Assembly: GCA_963693365.1 (NCBI GenBank) | Contig: CAVNZM010000012.1 | Coordinates: 7,506,001-7,570,000 of the forward strand | DNA: 64,000 nt | Source: Amoebidium appalachense | Lineage: Eukaryota; Protista; Ichthyosporea | Reading direction: 5' to 3' | In this document: positions 1 to 21,600 of the stretch, piece after piece | Position numbering within the stretch: the stretch's first letter is position 1 | Layout: every line of letters starts with the position of its first letter | Translations under genes and position numbers: made by a program | The notes under the pieces: model-generated | The model's database searches: none | Told to the model about the DNA's origin: nothing | Seen by the model: the letters and a program-made list of their open reading frames with translations, nothing else

Positions 1-189
1 CCCCCCCCCCCTCCCCCCCAAACATTCGATTTCTGCCTGAGCTTCCCATGTTGCTGCCTCAACTCACTCCCCCCCCCCCCCCTCCCTCCCTCCCTCCCTC
101 CCCTCCCCTCCCCCAGAATTTTTAAATAAAAACAAGGGACACTACTTAATCGGTTACTAGGTGCTGGTGTGTTGTCAGACGGATCCAAT

Positions 190-590
190 TTATTTGAAAG
201 GGTTGGCAATATACACATTGTGCACCCTGTTCCAGTCAAAAGCCAGGAAATCTGCCAGAGCCTTCTTTTGGGCTGCTGCCTCGGCCATCTGGGCCTTTTC
301 CAGCTGCTCCTTGGCCCCTTCTACAGTCAACCCTTTCAGTTTGCCCTCTTTAAGTAATTTCTTAGCCATTTCTTTCTGAAACTTAAGCTCAGCTTTCAAG
401 TGCTTCACATCTGCCTCTATATATCCGGCCCATTCATGGCTATCATGAGCTGATTGTGCACTGTCTGTGTTGTCATACGTGCTTTGAGAGAAGTCTTAAT
501 GATATTCACACGAGAGAAGCCACGTTCGCTTGTTGCATTACTAATTGGGATTATTCTCACAATGTTAACCAACTCAAGTACAAGTATTCA
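190..590 (-). pseudogene. hAT-family transposase remnant (C-terminal dimerisation region)
   Basis: Minus-strand translation of ~420-575 gives ELVNIVRIIPISNATSERGFSRVNIIKTSLKARMTTQTVHNQLMIAMNGPDI, matching the hAT dimerisation motif (P-x-S-x-A-x-x-ER-x-FS...I-x-x-NGP). The frame is broken by stops and upstream sequence is degraded. Confidence 0.75.
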
Positions 591-1006
591 AGTTTGTGAC
601 TGATGCGCGACGATTACGATTTTTGGTGGGCCTGCTCCGACGGAGCATTCCGATTTTCGAAGAGGTTTTCCGAAACGGGATTTCGACTTCCGTTAATGGG
701 CTCCACCGCCCTTCGAACCCTGTCCTAGATTATCCCTTTTATCTGAGGAATGCGTCCAAGTTGACATGATTCGCGAACATGTGCATGGCATCAGCTGAGT
801 CAGCGTATATGCGTCTAGCGTCTATGTAATAGCTGTTTCGCTGCATATAAAACTTTTTAGCTATCGCAGGAAGCAACAAATGCCAGCTTTATTTGTTCAG
901 ATGTATGTTTGAAACTTTTTGTCTTAGAATTTGAGTGAATAATTAGCGGTACATGTACATATGATGGATCGGGTACATTCCAGAGCACTCTTCTGGCATT
1001 CCAATG

Positions 1007-1603
1007 TTTTTTTATTTTTTATTTATTTATTTTTTTATCCCGTTTCACTCCCGGCGAGGCACTGCCTCAGGGGAGCTTACCGTCTTCCGCCTAGACACAG
1101 ATCGTACTGTATAGCACACTCATAAGTCAGGATTCTAATTGACCCCAACTGGCAATATTTTTAGTTACGCCTTATCCCACGGTTCTAGCCGCAGCAACGC
1201 TAGTGGGGAAGTGAGCACAGCTCACTTTAACAACACCAGCCGGGAGCGACCCGGGACACATACAAACATCAAGACTTGAAAGGGGAAGACCCCATGCCCT
1301 TTTTTTTTTGTAAGCTTGAACGTTGGGCTGGGATGCCCAAGCGCCGCGCCGTCGACGTCAGAGGGCCGGTGCTGTTCATGACGTCATGTCTTGCGGCCGG
1401 ATGATAACAAATTGGTGGTGCTGGCTTGACGTGGTCTGGGGTGATGGCTTCTAGGGGGCGGCCAGACTGGTGGACCGTCGAGGCAGAAAAATCGGATGTA
1501 ACCAGGATCGATGGGGTGTCCACGCAATCAGGATCGATCCTGCGACTTTGAGCTTGACACGCAGTCTGGCAGAGATCTTACCATTGCACCAACCCGCCCC
1601 CCA
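1007..1603 (-). mobile_element. tRNA-derived SINE (~600 bp) with 14-bp target-site duplication
   Basis: TSD CTGGCATTCCAATG at 993-1006 and 1604-1617. The minus-strand 5' head GGGGGGCGGGTTGGTGCAATGGTAAG...GGATCGATCC has pol III A-box and B-box-like motifs. A-rich 3' tail (T-rich on + at 1007-1037) and an internal A-run at ~1300-1309. Confidence 0.85.
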
Positions 1604-2716
1604 CTGGCATTCCAATGAATCAAGCAGTTGAACTAAGTCAACTGACTGCTTGTGTACAATAATCCCCTGCAGGATTTTTTCGGTTTATCTTCTTCCTTTA
1701 TTCGAATGTCTTGAATTTTTTTCTTTGTGCTGATGTGGGAAAATCAACTATCCCTACTATAAATCCTACAACCCACTCAAGGCCCCTGCAGCGCCTCGGC
1801 ACAGCCATGCCGCGGGCTGTCCTCCAGGAGCTCGAGGAATGCACATTGTATCATTTGTATGTACATTTTGACACTTGATGTGGTCGCTACGTCAAAAGAC
1901 ACAACCAACACTGACACTGGCTTAGCACGTAAATCTTGCCGCTAGCAGCAAACCTTACTCACTGTAGAAGTTAAACCCACTTTATGAAAATCGTGAGCCC
2001 CATAGACAATATTGAAGACGAAGAAAGGCTCAGTCCGGCCAGCGGATGGCATGCACGAGCTTTCTTTTATCCGCAGGAGTATAGGGAGAGACTTCGATCA
2101 CGCTCAGTGACTTGAGAAGCCTTGCACACATGTGGTCATGGCGGTAGACTTCACTCACTCTGATGTTACAGTTTGAGCCTTCAAACGCATTATTGAACTT
2201 GCAGCCAATTCTTTTTCAAGCCTCTCACACTGTCAAGTGGAGTGCCCTATCTCTTGTATAGACCTTTTGTCTGGGGCCTGTATGTACACTGTGATAGCGG
2301 CCGCTCTGCCACAATACAATCACTGAACATAGCTTTAGACTGATTTATAAGTGAGGTCAGGTCTCCACGATTTGAATGGGCACGGCTGCTGCAACACTAA
2401 ACGGGTGCATTCTGACCAGCGGCATTTGAACCTCCACTGATCCTATTTTATTAGGGCGTTTCCATGCTGAGAACGGTGGGGAATCGTCTTAGAGTCAGTT
2501 TCAATAATATAAGACTGAATTAAGTAGTACAGTGACTATGATGTGCAGACTAGCTACCTATTATCGTGTCACACCTGCACACCGTTCTGCTAGCACCTGC
2601 TAGCACGATTGGTGATGGTTTAATTCATATTGAGTTCAACACAGAATTTTGTTGCACACATGTGAACCGTATAGGCGCCAGCGATCCCTAAGGCGACTCT
2701 CCACAACTTTGCCACC

Positions 2717-10195
<7,479 letters not shown>

Positions 10196-10294
10196 ATTTT
10201 CAGGCCCGTAGGCCGGGAATTTTTCAACCCAAGCCCCAGCATTACACAAACTTTTTATATTATTGCTTCAGAAATATCGGTTGAAACTTAACCC

Positions 10295-10328
<34 letters not shown>

Positions 10329-10656
10329 ACAATCCCCCCTTTTTGTGCCACAACATTATACGGATTGTAATTCATGTATGATAATAACGGCTGTTTGTGA
10401 ACTTACAGTGTTTAATGTGCTGAGAATTATAAAGAGGCTTCTTGAGTGTTTTTTTGTTTAGATTTTTTTTTTTTTTTTACCGGGCTTAGCTTTAAATAGC
10501 AGATACCGCGCTCAGGACATACACACCAACCGGTCCCAAAAGGTGGACGCTTTGCTTGAGGGCGCGTGCGCGCGCACACACACACACACACTGTCCCCGT
10601 GACACACACACACACACACACACATACACACACACACACACACACACAGACACACA

Positions 10657-10707
<51 letters not shown>

Positions 10708-11022
10708 CCCCAGCCTTTTTAGTGTTAAAGCAGAACCTAGCCCGTGACATTTTTTTAGTGATACCTGGGTAGAATCCGGTTAAAGGAAAGAAAGTATTGC
10801 CATTTCTCCCATCAACTCGAGGACGAAAAAAAAAACAGTGTCAAAGTTTTCCCCCTTGTAAACAGCAATAGCAACAAAGCATGTGCGATGAAATATGCAA
10901 TAACATGATAAAACTTTTATTGCGGCACACGCATATTGCTGTTTTGTGTTGGCGATGGCGGTGGTGGCCATGTTGGTGTTGGTGATGGTGTTGGTGGTGG
11001 TGTCTGAACACGTGCGTGTGTG

Positions 11023-11063
<41 letters not shown>

Positions 11064-11092
11064 CGTGTACCAGTGCCCGTGTGTGTGTGTGT

Positions 11093-11134
<42 letters not shown>

Positions 11135-11364
11135 GCGCGCGCGTCCGCGAGCGTATGGTGTGTGTGTATATGTGGGGGTAGGGGGGGACTAATGAATGAG
11201 TGAGTAACATCGGATCAGGGGATAAACTGGATCGGTATCGTGCGGTTTGGTCCCTAAAGGACTCCGGGCCGGGATTAAGACAAGGAATTGGGTGTTTCGG
11301 GGGAGGGGGGAGAGGGCAGGGCCGGCAGGGCCGGGGGACCCATGAGGGAGGGAATAGGACGAGA

Positions 11365-11434
<70 letters not shown>

Positions 11435-11597
11435 TGATGGCCCGCCTAATGGTCGGTTTGCTTTGGGATTGTGGACAAACGATTGTGCTAAATCAAAAAT
11501 TTCGCAAAATGGGAAGCTAAAGTTGGGCTGGAGGCCTTCCGAAGCTTAATTAAAGGTAGAGGAGCTCGAGGGACACCCCGGGGGAAGGGGGGAGGGG

Positions 11598-11642
<45 letters not shown>

Positions 11643-12199
11643 TAAAGTAGAAGAAACTCTCTCGATTCCGAACATATTAGAGCAAGCGAAAGTTCCAAGT
11701 GTTACAGTGTTCAAACTCTGTGCATAATTCCTACTGTAGACTTTGTTCTTGTGAATAATGTTGCAAGGACATTCTCCGGCCGACAAAGGGACTTCAGGAT
11801 TGCAGCGAGTGCTGCCGAACAAATACGATGTGTGGCCCCGTATGAAACCGTGGCTGGCTACTTACGGCTCCGTGCATCATAATCAGGACGGATAATCTTC
11901 TGAACTAAGTCTTATTGAAAACACGTGTGGGTGCCTTTTTTGTTCCTGTTCGTGTGCACGCACGTTTGCGCATGTGTGTGCGCGCGTCTGTGTCTGTGTC
12001 TGTGTGTCTGTGTTTGTCTGCCTCTGTGTGTGCGTGTGCGTGTGCATGTGTTTGTGTGTGCCACGTGCTCGTGTGTTCGTGTGCGGGTGCGGGCGCGCGT
12101 CTGTGCGTGCACGTGTGCGTGTGGGTGTGTGCGTGTCTGTGTGCATGTGTGTGAGTTTGTTTATGTGTGAATTCGCGCGCACGTGTGTTTGCGTGTGTC

Positions 12200-12285
<86 letters not shown>

Positions 12286-12432
12286 CGTGCGTGCGTGTGG
12301 TGTGTGCGTGCGTGTGTGTGTGTGAGTGCGCGCGTGCATGTGTGTGCGTGTGCGTGTGTGTGTGCGTGCGTGCACGCGCGTGTGCCCGTGGCAGTGAGTG
12401 TCTTACATGCTATGCTAATATATGGCCACATT

Positions 12433-12523
12433 GCCAGATGGCCAGATCGTTTTGAATCCGGGTGGATGGTGTCCGTTTAATCCACCCTTTTTAACACACT
12501 AAATTTTGATCTGGCCATCTGGC
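12433..12523. mobile_element. Small MITE-like inverted-repeat element
   Basis: Perfect 16-bp inverted repeat GCCAGATGGCCAGATC (12433-12448) / GATCTGGCCATCTGGC (12508-12523), with an internal hairpin GGGTGGAT...ATCCACCC. No TSD recognised. Confidence 0.5.
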
Positions 12524-13332
12524 CATCTAGGTATACAAACCGTTTTCTGTTATAATATTGGAGAACTGTCTCCGCTTAGGCCCCTAGAGGGGCAGCTAGA
12601 ACCCATCCATGGCTTCTCAGGACGTATCCATGTTCCCGGACCCTGGGACACCGCCTGGGAGCCGCAAACGTGATACTCGGGCAGGAGAATCCCCAGATAA
12701 GCGGTTAACGAAACAGAGCCGGGCGGAACAGGTTCCCTTTCCCAAGGTTAAAGCGCCACCTGCCGCGCCGCCAGCCAGTAGTTTTATTACGAAAGAACAA
12801 CTGCAGTTGATACCAGAGAAGGCTAGGAAATCTGTGCTCAAACTTATGGCGCATCATGAGCATCTCCGCACCCAAGTCACCGACTTAACAACCCAAGCAG
12901 CCGAGTATAAAGCCAAACAGGACCAAACGGACCTCGTCGTTCAGCAAATGAAGGCGCGCTGACAGCAGCTGGAAGCTGACCGGGCACCCCCCACTGGCCC
13001 TGCCCATGCGGGCCCGGCCTCTGCAGCAAAGGCAGCCCCCGATGGGTTACCCACTCCCCCGGGGTCTCCCAAGTTCATACCCACGACGAACCCTAAGGTG
13101 TACCGCCGGCACTAACGTGGACGCCAAGGCCGTGTACGTGTCCGAGAAAGTCAAAACGTATGCAGAGTCGGTGGCCCAGACCCACGGGGCTACCCAGGCT
13201 ATGGCGACCCTTGCCGCAGCATCGGCCCTGCACCCAACCCGCCGCCCTCGGGTGGCATCTGCATCAGTGACCCTGCATCTGAGGGTACCGACGAGTCCGA
13301 GCTGATCACTGCAGCCTTCACCATGGTGCCGG

Positions 13333-14257
13333 TGTTAATTTCTATAAGTATTTAGGATGTAAGCAGAGACACAGTGGTGCAGTGTGAAAACACCACAGAC
13401 ACACACAACAACAAAACACGGAACGATCGGAGCAGTGTACACAACAGACATCAATGTTTAGACACGACTGAACTGAATTTATTCTGATCTTCGAATAAAT
13501 ACCTGAAATTCCTCTAAGTCCAATCCATACATGATTTCCGACCAGTCGGAAATCAGATCCATCTCTAATAGAAACCAATCACTAAGAACCAATTGCTTTC
13601 AGAGAGATCCGGTACGCGGAGGCGTACACGATAGGACACAGACACTAGTTAAGATCAACTCGTGTCATCATCAAGGAAGTTCTAACCTATGACATACTGC
13701 AAAGACTCAGACATATCACACTTAACCTTGATGATTGGTTAAAGCCCGGCAACACATGAAAACTAAAGTGAATTAATGAAGTCTAAACACACATGCTATT
13801 CTAAGTGTAGCCTAAGTGTGTTACCGTCCAATGAACACGTATTAAGTAACACAAATCTACCTAACATATATTAGTAGAAAAGAAATACGATTATACACAT
13901 GAAGACAAGGAGAGAAAGAAAAGAAAATAAGGAAGGAGAAAGAGGAAGGAAAAGAGAGCACAGATCAACAAACAAGATAGTAATAGCATAACTATAACCA
14001 GAGATATTTATGTACACACGAACATGTACACGTCTCTCCCTGAGTGGGTGGATCCGTGTACACACATATAAATATTCTAATCGATATTACAATACACGAT
14101 TAAAGCCGATACAACACGATTACAAGTATACAAGCATATCGGAGATCGATGCTACACTTTACATAATAGGAGTGTGGCATTTACACTAAGCATATGAACT
14201 GAAACATAACACAAACTGAGAAGATCTTACCATATGTAAATACTACGTATTACAACA
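13333..14257. mobile_element. Solo LTR (925 bp) inserted in LINE-A ORF1
   Basis: TGTT...AACA termini flanked by a 5-bp TSD GCCGG (13328-13332 and 14258-14262). AT-rich, noncoding, with several CCAAT motifs. GC-rich LINE ORF1 resumes after it. Confidence 0.85.
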
Positions 14258-15373
14258 GCCGGCCAACATCAGCACCATGCGTGACCGTGTCTACACCCTC
14301 GGTGTCCTCAGCCGAATGATTCCCGACATGCTCTTCATTGGCCGTCGCTACACAGTGTTCATCGCATGCGTGCCCGCTACCGTGATACCCTCGTAAGCAT
14401 CATCCAACGTGCTACCGACGCCATCTTTTCTCGCAGACTTCGACCCTACGGCTCCCTACAACACCACACTTAACCGTGCTGATGCAGAGGCTGCTGCCCG
14501 GGCCTCTTGGCAACGCCGGGTGCTTGCGCGGGTGGCCAACGCGGCGCACGCCTGGGCTGCCAAGGCAGCGACACTTCACCCGGCACACGACAGCCGGGTC
14601 AAAACAGCAGCTGAGGTGCGTGCGTACTGGGAGGCTCAGCACGTGCAGGTCTTCAGCAAGCCCTACGACCCCACTGCCGCCCCAGCCAACTCCCAGTAAG
14701 CATGCTCTCCTTTCTCTTCTGGAATGCTCGTTGTATAAATAAGGGTAAAGCACAGTTTCTTCTTTCATTATCCCAACAGGAGTTCCCGTTTATTGTTGTC
14801 GCAGAAACGTCGTGGCAAGACCACGCGACACTCCGTTGGTCTGGACGGCTCGTGGGCGAGTCTACTCAGCCCGTGGGCTACAAGCATCACTCCGGCATAG
14901 TGTTCATCGCCGCCTCCAACTTTGTTAACTACTGTTCAGTAATAGCCTGCACCATACACACACTCACTATTTCAGTTTGTGGCCATATATGCACGTTTGT
15001 TTATTTTCCACCTAGAACATCCACTGCTAGCACTTCAACACGAACTTACAAAACACCATTGCCCTACATAACCCCACACTAGTGTTAGGAGACATTAGTA
15101 GCCCGTTAGTTACCACACCCCACCCCATACTACACGGCCACCCACAGGCCCTACTTAAACCCAACCACCCACGCACACCAACTTTTCACACTTTTGTTAC
15201 AGCGTTACGCCTTACTCTTCCAGCTGTAGTACAAGAGCACCGCACGGACTGGGGGTCCTTGCACTTTACACATACACCACAACCTACACCCACCACCGGC
15301 AGACCACCTGCCTATAGTTTTTCGCACTACACTCTAAGTTAGCCTTTCTACGCCGTCACCACAACACACTTAC

Positions 15374-16872
15374 TGTTATTTTGTGTGGGTTTAAAGGAGA
15401 AGCAGAGTGCACAGATGGGTGTTATGATCAAGTTCACAACACACAGACACACGGGAGAAACACAACCGGAGAGGTGGAACGATTTCTGGGACCATATGAA
15501 ATGTTTTCAACTGCTTAATTTTTATTTCAAGATGAAGTCCCTTTTATACTCGGGAATGTGAAATTGACAAATGCTAAGCCAATCCGAAAGAACGAAAACT
15601 ATGAGGGCAAATAAATTTGCTAATCCAATCAGAAAGACGAAAACTATGAAATCGATCGAAATGCCTGTCGACACATAGAAGATAAATTGCAATCTTCTAA
15701 TGAAAGTACGGAAACATTTAATAAATGAAACCACTTATGTATCTATTAGTTCACATCATATATTTATACATGTTCTTAACATAACACGTCTAAATATAAG
15801 TATTCCTAATAGCTGGGGAGCATAGAGCAATTCTACGTCGTGGGAAAAGAAGGAAAAGGAATGAGGATAGAAAAAGGAATGGAATGGGAAAGGAATCGAG
15901 TAGAATGAAGGAGGAAAGTAGGTTTCTATATTTGGGAAAATTAAACGAGATTTGATTGGACAACTTATTTAGACATAAACGCAAACAACATTACATGATG
16001 TGCGCGGGCCAAATGGCTCGATGTGTACACAGATCAAAGATATCTGTGCACACGGAAACGGAAAGGAAAGAAAGGAAGGAAGAAAGGAAAAGGGAAAAGG
16101 AAACGAACAACAACAAACTAATAAACATATCTATAACTCAACTTCTAAGTTCTTGCCGTTATCCATGGGTAGATGACATCCCCACTCAAGGGTTGGAAGT
16201 TGGGTTCTCGTGAAGTTTGTTGATGTGACTGTTGATGTCAATACTCTCACACTTGTAGAAGCAGGTGCCGTGACGTCACAGTCAAGTTTCCCCACTCGAG
16301 AAGACAATTGGAGAAGACTTGAAGTGGCAAGCCGGGGAAGAAAACCAAAAACGGAAGAAGCACACAACGACGGTTGCCTCGGAAGACTCAGAACATGACG
16401 GTAGTCAACGACGATATATATAAAAGAAAACACTAGTGTATGTGTGACGTGTTGGTGGCTAATATTTTATACTGGGGCCCACCCAGGTAAACACAAGGCA
16501 TAAAGATCTTGTGGACTGATTTATAGACTCAGGTAGTCAACCAGTTAAGACTACGGGGAAGGTACGGACGGTCCCGTGGACTAGGTTTAGACTGGCAGTC
16601 AACCAGCACGCCATGGCTATAGATATTTATTTATACTGGGACGCCATCCCAGTTCGACATATACATAAGTCGATATGATATAGAGGAAAACCATTATATA
16701 TGGTGGGATATAAATAAACGACGGATGGTGGAGAAAGAATTCCCCACTGAAGATGCACACACTGAAGATCGAGGAAGACAGCAGTAGACTTTCGTTGGGA
16801 GGTGTCCCTACACGATGATGTGTAGACCACTGGCCAGGGCCCCAACCTACTTGAAGACCACTGTAGATGAAT

Positions 16873-16907
<35 letters not shown>

Positions 16908-18620
16908 CTCAGTCACGAAGACTGAGGGATGCACGGTGCTGCTCGAGGGAGGGCCCAGGCAGGGCCTTGGTGAAGATGTCGGCCACGTTGTCCTTGGTGG
17001 ACACGTTGGTGACGACCACATCCCCACTCTTGATGTAGTCCTTCGTGTTGTGGTACCGGACGGCAATGTGTTTGGTCCGGTGCTTGATGCTGTTGGTGTG
17101 GAGGAGGGCAATGGTGGACTGATTGTCACAATAGACGGGGGTGGGGTCGGTCATCGGGTAACCGAGTTCACGGAGGAGATCACGGTGCCAGATGACATCT
17201 TGAACGGCAGCATTGATGGCCAGAAGCTCAGCCTCCGAGTCGGTGGTGGATGTTGCCGTGATGGACTGCAGCTTTGAATACCATGTGATGGGGATGCCCT
17301 TGAAGAGGATGACGTAGCCGGTGGTGGAACGACGGGTGGTGGGGCAGCCAGCAAAGTCGGCATCAGAATAACACTCCAGCAAGGGGGTGTTGTCGTCGGA
17401 TGCAGACTTCAAGTTGTCGTAGTGGAGGCCGAGGTTGGATGTGCCGATGAGGTACCGAACCACACGGAGCAGACATTCCCATGCAAGTTTGGTGGGGTTG
17501 GCACTGAATCTGCCGAGGTAGCCGATGGCAAAGGAGATGTCGGGCCGGGAACAACGAGCAACCCACAAAAGACGGCCGAGGAGTTCACGGTAGGGAACCT
17601 TGATGGGTAGTGAATCGTTCTCGTTGATGGTGATGACGGTGCCGACGGGAATGGGAGTGGCCTTGGGGTTGGCATCGTTGAGGTTGAGTCTCTGACGATG
17701 TCGTTGATGCAGGATTGTTGAAGCAGCTTGCGATTGAGGTGACCGGGGGTGTGGATGAGCTGGGTGCCGAGGAAGATGTCGGGGAGGTCGACCTTGCAGA
17801 GAGCTGACTTCATGATGTGGTCTACTAGATCCTTGGTGTGGGAGGAGTGGGCCGTGCAGATGATGATGACGTCGTCCATATAGTTGCCAGTGAGGATGAT
17901 GTCACCGTTGGGGAAGGACTTGATGTAGACACATGGATCTGAACGGAGACGTTCGAGACCGTGAGCAAGGAGGACCTTGTCGAAGTACTCATACCATGCC
18001 AGTGATGCCTGTTTGAGGCCGTAGAGTGCCTTCTTGAGTTTCCAGACCTTGTGCTTGTTGCCGGGGGTGATGAAGCCAGGCGGTTGCTCAATGTAGATGT
18101 CTTCTTGGAGAGGACTGTTGAGGAAAGCCCGGGCCGTGGAGACGTCGAGTTGATGAATCTCATGGTTGCCGTCCACACCGATGGCAAGAAGGGCACGAAC
18201 GGAGGAGGACATCACTACGGCCCGGAAGAGGTGTCACCGTAGTCAACACCGTGACCGTAGACTTGTGTGAAGCCCTTTGCAACACCACGACCCTTGATCT
18301 TGGTGTCACCGGCTGAGTTGAGGACTTTCTCAGTCACAATCCACTTGAACTTGATGATGTTGGCATGAGGGGGGGGATCAACAACGTCGAAGACATCCTT
18401 GGTGATGAAGGCTTGGTACTCGGAGGTGAGGGCAGCTATGACGGCATCACCGTTGGGGCCGTTGCAAAGCTTTTGTATGCCCTTGGGTAGTTGGTCAATG
18501 TTGATGGTCGGTGCTGTGATGCTGACCAGTGCCGTTGATGGCTTGGTGAGACGTGCAGACCAACGAAGGCTCGGCTTGGGGGGGGTCCTTGAGGGGGTGG
18601 AGGCCGGGGATATGTTGTAG
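15374..18620 (-). mobile_element. 5'-truncated Ty1/Copia retrotransposon (RT-RNase H, 3' UTR, 3' LTR 15374-16178)
   Basis: Minus-strand ORFs 17409-18215 (KALYGLKQA, YMDD) and 16909-17568 (YSDADFAG...RRSTTGY...ADIFTKAL), frameshifted. PPT-like TTGAGTGGGGA precedes TGTCA at 16178, and the LTR ends in TAACA at 15374. Gag and integrase are missing; sequence switches to LINE RT at ~18620. Confidence 0.85.
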
Positions 18621-21600
18621 GCCGGGACAGGGGCATGGAAGCCCTATGGCACTACTTAAGGTACTCTTCCCACTCCGACCCGAGAAAGACGAAAAGCGTG
18701 GCCCGCCGCCACCACTAACATGTATCCTTAGCGAATTGTTTAGCTGGTATTCTGATGTCGGTAAAGTGCCCTCGGAGTGGCTAGACACCATAGTATTTCC
18801 CATCAAGAAAACGGTTGCACGGAGTCCCATTCACGAATTTCGTCCTATCACCCTTAAGTCCGTTTTTCGCCGATTATTCGAAAGTGGCCTTTTACAGGCC
18901 TTTTCCCGTAACCCCACCTTATTAATAAGCAGGCTTCCCAGCTGAGCCCTCTTCAGGCGGCGTTTCGGCATCGACACTCATGTTACGCACAAATCCTCAC
19001 CCTACTTAATGCAACTCAAAGTGATACCGAGCACCTCGTATTTATCGATTTTAAGAACGCGTACGACACGGTCGACCTCCCTCGCCTGTGGGCCAAGTTG
19101 GCCACTCGCGGTGTCCCATTCCAAATGGGTCGGCTACCGGAAGCTATGTTTACGTTTACACGCGGACGGGCGGTGGTTAATGGGCGGCTATCCCCAGGGT
19201 TTACACGCATGCGCGGGGTACTTGTTCATTACTTCAAGGGTCCCTGCTAAGCCCACTTCCTTTCAACCTGTATATTGATGATTTAGCCGACGCTCTTTCT
19301 GCGGCACAAATTGACGGGGGGTTGCCATCCCAGGCTCCCCCCGCCCTCTTTTTTGCCGACGATATTGTGCTTATGTCATCCGGTCCTATCGAACTACGGC
19401 AATATATTCGTGTGGTTGAACATTGGTGCCAGCGCAACGATATGAAGGTTAACGTCAAAAAGTGTGCCCTTTTATCAAAATCGATACCGGCATGGGACGA
19501 CGTTTGTATATTCGGCAGTCCCCTGCCTCGCCCGATCGAATATAAGTATTTGGGGGTTCCGGTGGATGAGTGGGGCATATGTTTCAAACGGATGGTCGAC
19601 CGTCGGGTGGAGAGTGCAGGCAGGTGTCTTCGTTTATTTAGGGATGTGTATCTTGCTAATCCGAAGTTCCTACTATTGTACACTTACACAACCGTCTTAG
19701 TATATTTCGCACCTTTATTCGCCCTTTGTCTGAGTACGGGGTTGCCTTTATTAGCTATGGCACCCCCTGATACCGTTGCAAATGTTCCCCAATCACTAGA
19801 TGACTTCCACTACACAACTTGTTGTACGTTTCTTACTGGCCTTTCCACACCTATTTCTAGACGCCTTTTCGATTCTTTATACGCACTCACACCACCATCA
19901 CATCGCATACACGAAATTCGCCCTTAAATTTCACGAGCACATCACCCGCCTATCCGCCATTGCCCCGACCCATCCACTCTTCCGGCTACACGCATCCCCG
20001 CCGGACTCGCCCCTCTACCTCTTCCCTACCACATCGTCTCTGCCCATTGTCGAGCGATATGCGGAGTGGCCGGCGACTCCACCGGAGGTACGTACGGCTG
20101 GACCATAATGTGACTATGAATAGTTTTAAGTCTATGGCTGATAGATACCTTTTTACTTTACGTGTCGAGCCCCTCCCAATGTTAGGTCAGCAAAAACACC
20201 AACTACAAGTAGCCTATATGGCGAATACGGTTAGATAATCTCGCTTCTATATAGATTCGTTTATTCATGATGTTGTGTCGTATAAATATGCAAAGATGAT
20301 TATGTCTTGGCGTTGTAATCGGTTTTTGGTGTGTGTGGGGGGCGGTTTACTCGCGGATGCATATCTATCAATTAGTGTGACCTGTTAGCTAATGTGGTAG
20401 ACCCGGAGGTTATGGGCGGCTTTATTCTCTCTTCTACTTCTCTCCCCCAGTATATCCGTTATAAAATGACTGTGTTAGATCACCTTATTAATGCTGCACA
20501 GTATGATATTGTGATACGGTGTCTTAACTTTCTCTCGGAGCTACCAATGCTAGCTTCTGCTTATCCATAATCTATACTAGGGTTGTTTAATTGCATACAT
20601 GTACAGTGTACATAAGTCACTAGCTGCATTTGATTGGCTGCGCTGGAAAACGCAGTAGGCCGTCAAGTGAGGCTGGGCCCCTGACGATGTCCGCAGCAAT
20701 ACAAAGTGTTGAACCCCCGAATAGTGATAAAAAAAAGTGATAAAAAGCATCACTGTGGAAAAAACAATCGGGAAATTAAATCCCTAGGTGTGACAACCAA
20801 TCAGAGTGAAGCAAAGGTGCCATAAGCCTTTGCAAACAAATCCCGTATATCAAGTACCTTATGACAAGATATCCAGTAGCCGCAATATATCTTGAAATGT
20901 TGGGGTAATACGGCGAGATATTTTGTGATATAAATATCTGATATTCAAACGCTGTTTTCGGGATTTGTTTGCACAGGCCTTTGTGCATGGCGCACGCACT
21001 GAGGGCAGGGTTGGGCTGGGGTTGGCCAGCTTAACCGTATTGTCCTTTGGCCAATCGTAATGGACAGTTTCTTAATCGTAAGCGGTGAGGGTTCTTGGAG
21101 ATCTGCAAGCCCAGCTAAAAACGCCCCTCCAGTCACAAAACTCAAAATACGCGTTTTTACAAATTAAGTAACACAAAATTACAAGCCCTGGACACTTGTC
21201 GGGGCTCGATATTGCTCATGAGAAGCGCTGTAGATATGTTCTTGAACAGAGACATTGAAAAAAATAGGTACAGTTAGGTATTAGGGGACCTTAAAGCGTT
21301 TATAATGCTATACATCTGATACGAAAGCTGTTACGACGGCACCCTTACCTTATTCGTATCGGGGTCTTTCGTTAATCGTAATCACGACGATTTTTTTTTC
21401 GTAATCCCCCCCCCTGACTGAGGGACTCGTTCTGAATTCAACTGCCACGGCCCACCGTCCCACGGAGTCACGCGGCGCATACTCAGGACCACGTGCACCG
21501 CCAAGCAGTACAGTAGTTTACACCTTATGATTGTTGCTATAAATAATGCAGTACAGTACCCAACACTAACTATTGTTCCAAAGGCTCAAGCGCCACGTCT

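Larger units (their letters stand above)
12560..20745 (+). mobile_element. LINE-A: degenerate non-LTR retrotransposon (ORF1 + APE endonuclease/RT ORF2), interrupted by LTR-element insertions
   Basis: ORF1 pieces at 12609-13332 and 14263-14699. ORF2 starts at 14702 with the APE motif MLSFLFWNAR...VVAET. RT motifs FRPITL, FIDFKNAYD, QGSLLSPLPFNLYIDD, FADD, YKYLG lie at 18640-19560, and a C-terminal WRCN..CxCG / VLDHLIN segment at ~20300-20500. A-rich end near 20726-20745. The 5' boundary is approximate. Confidence 0.85.

Noticed and set aside
1038-1080. Hammerhead ribozyme-like CTGAG...GAAAC at the SINE 3' end (also CTGACGA at ~20681)
   Set aside because: The core deviates from CUGANGA...GAAA and I could not form convincing stems II/III. 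An Infernal search would be needed.
1520-1603. tRNA gene
   Set aside because: A and B boxes are present but there is no clean cloverleaf, and it is embedded in a TSD-flanked, A-tailed element, so it is a SINE head.
11550-11905. Short unique-sequence ORF or exons on the minus strand
   Set aside because: No homology cue and no consistent splicing path.
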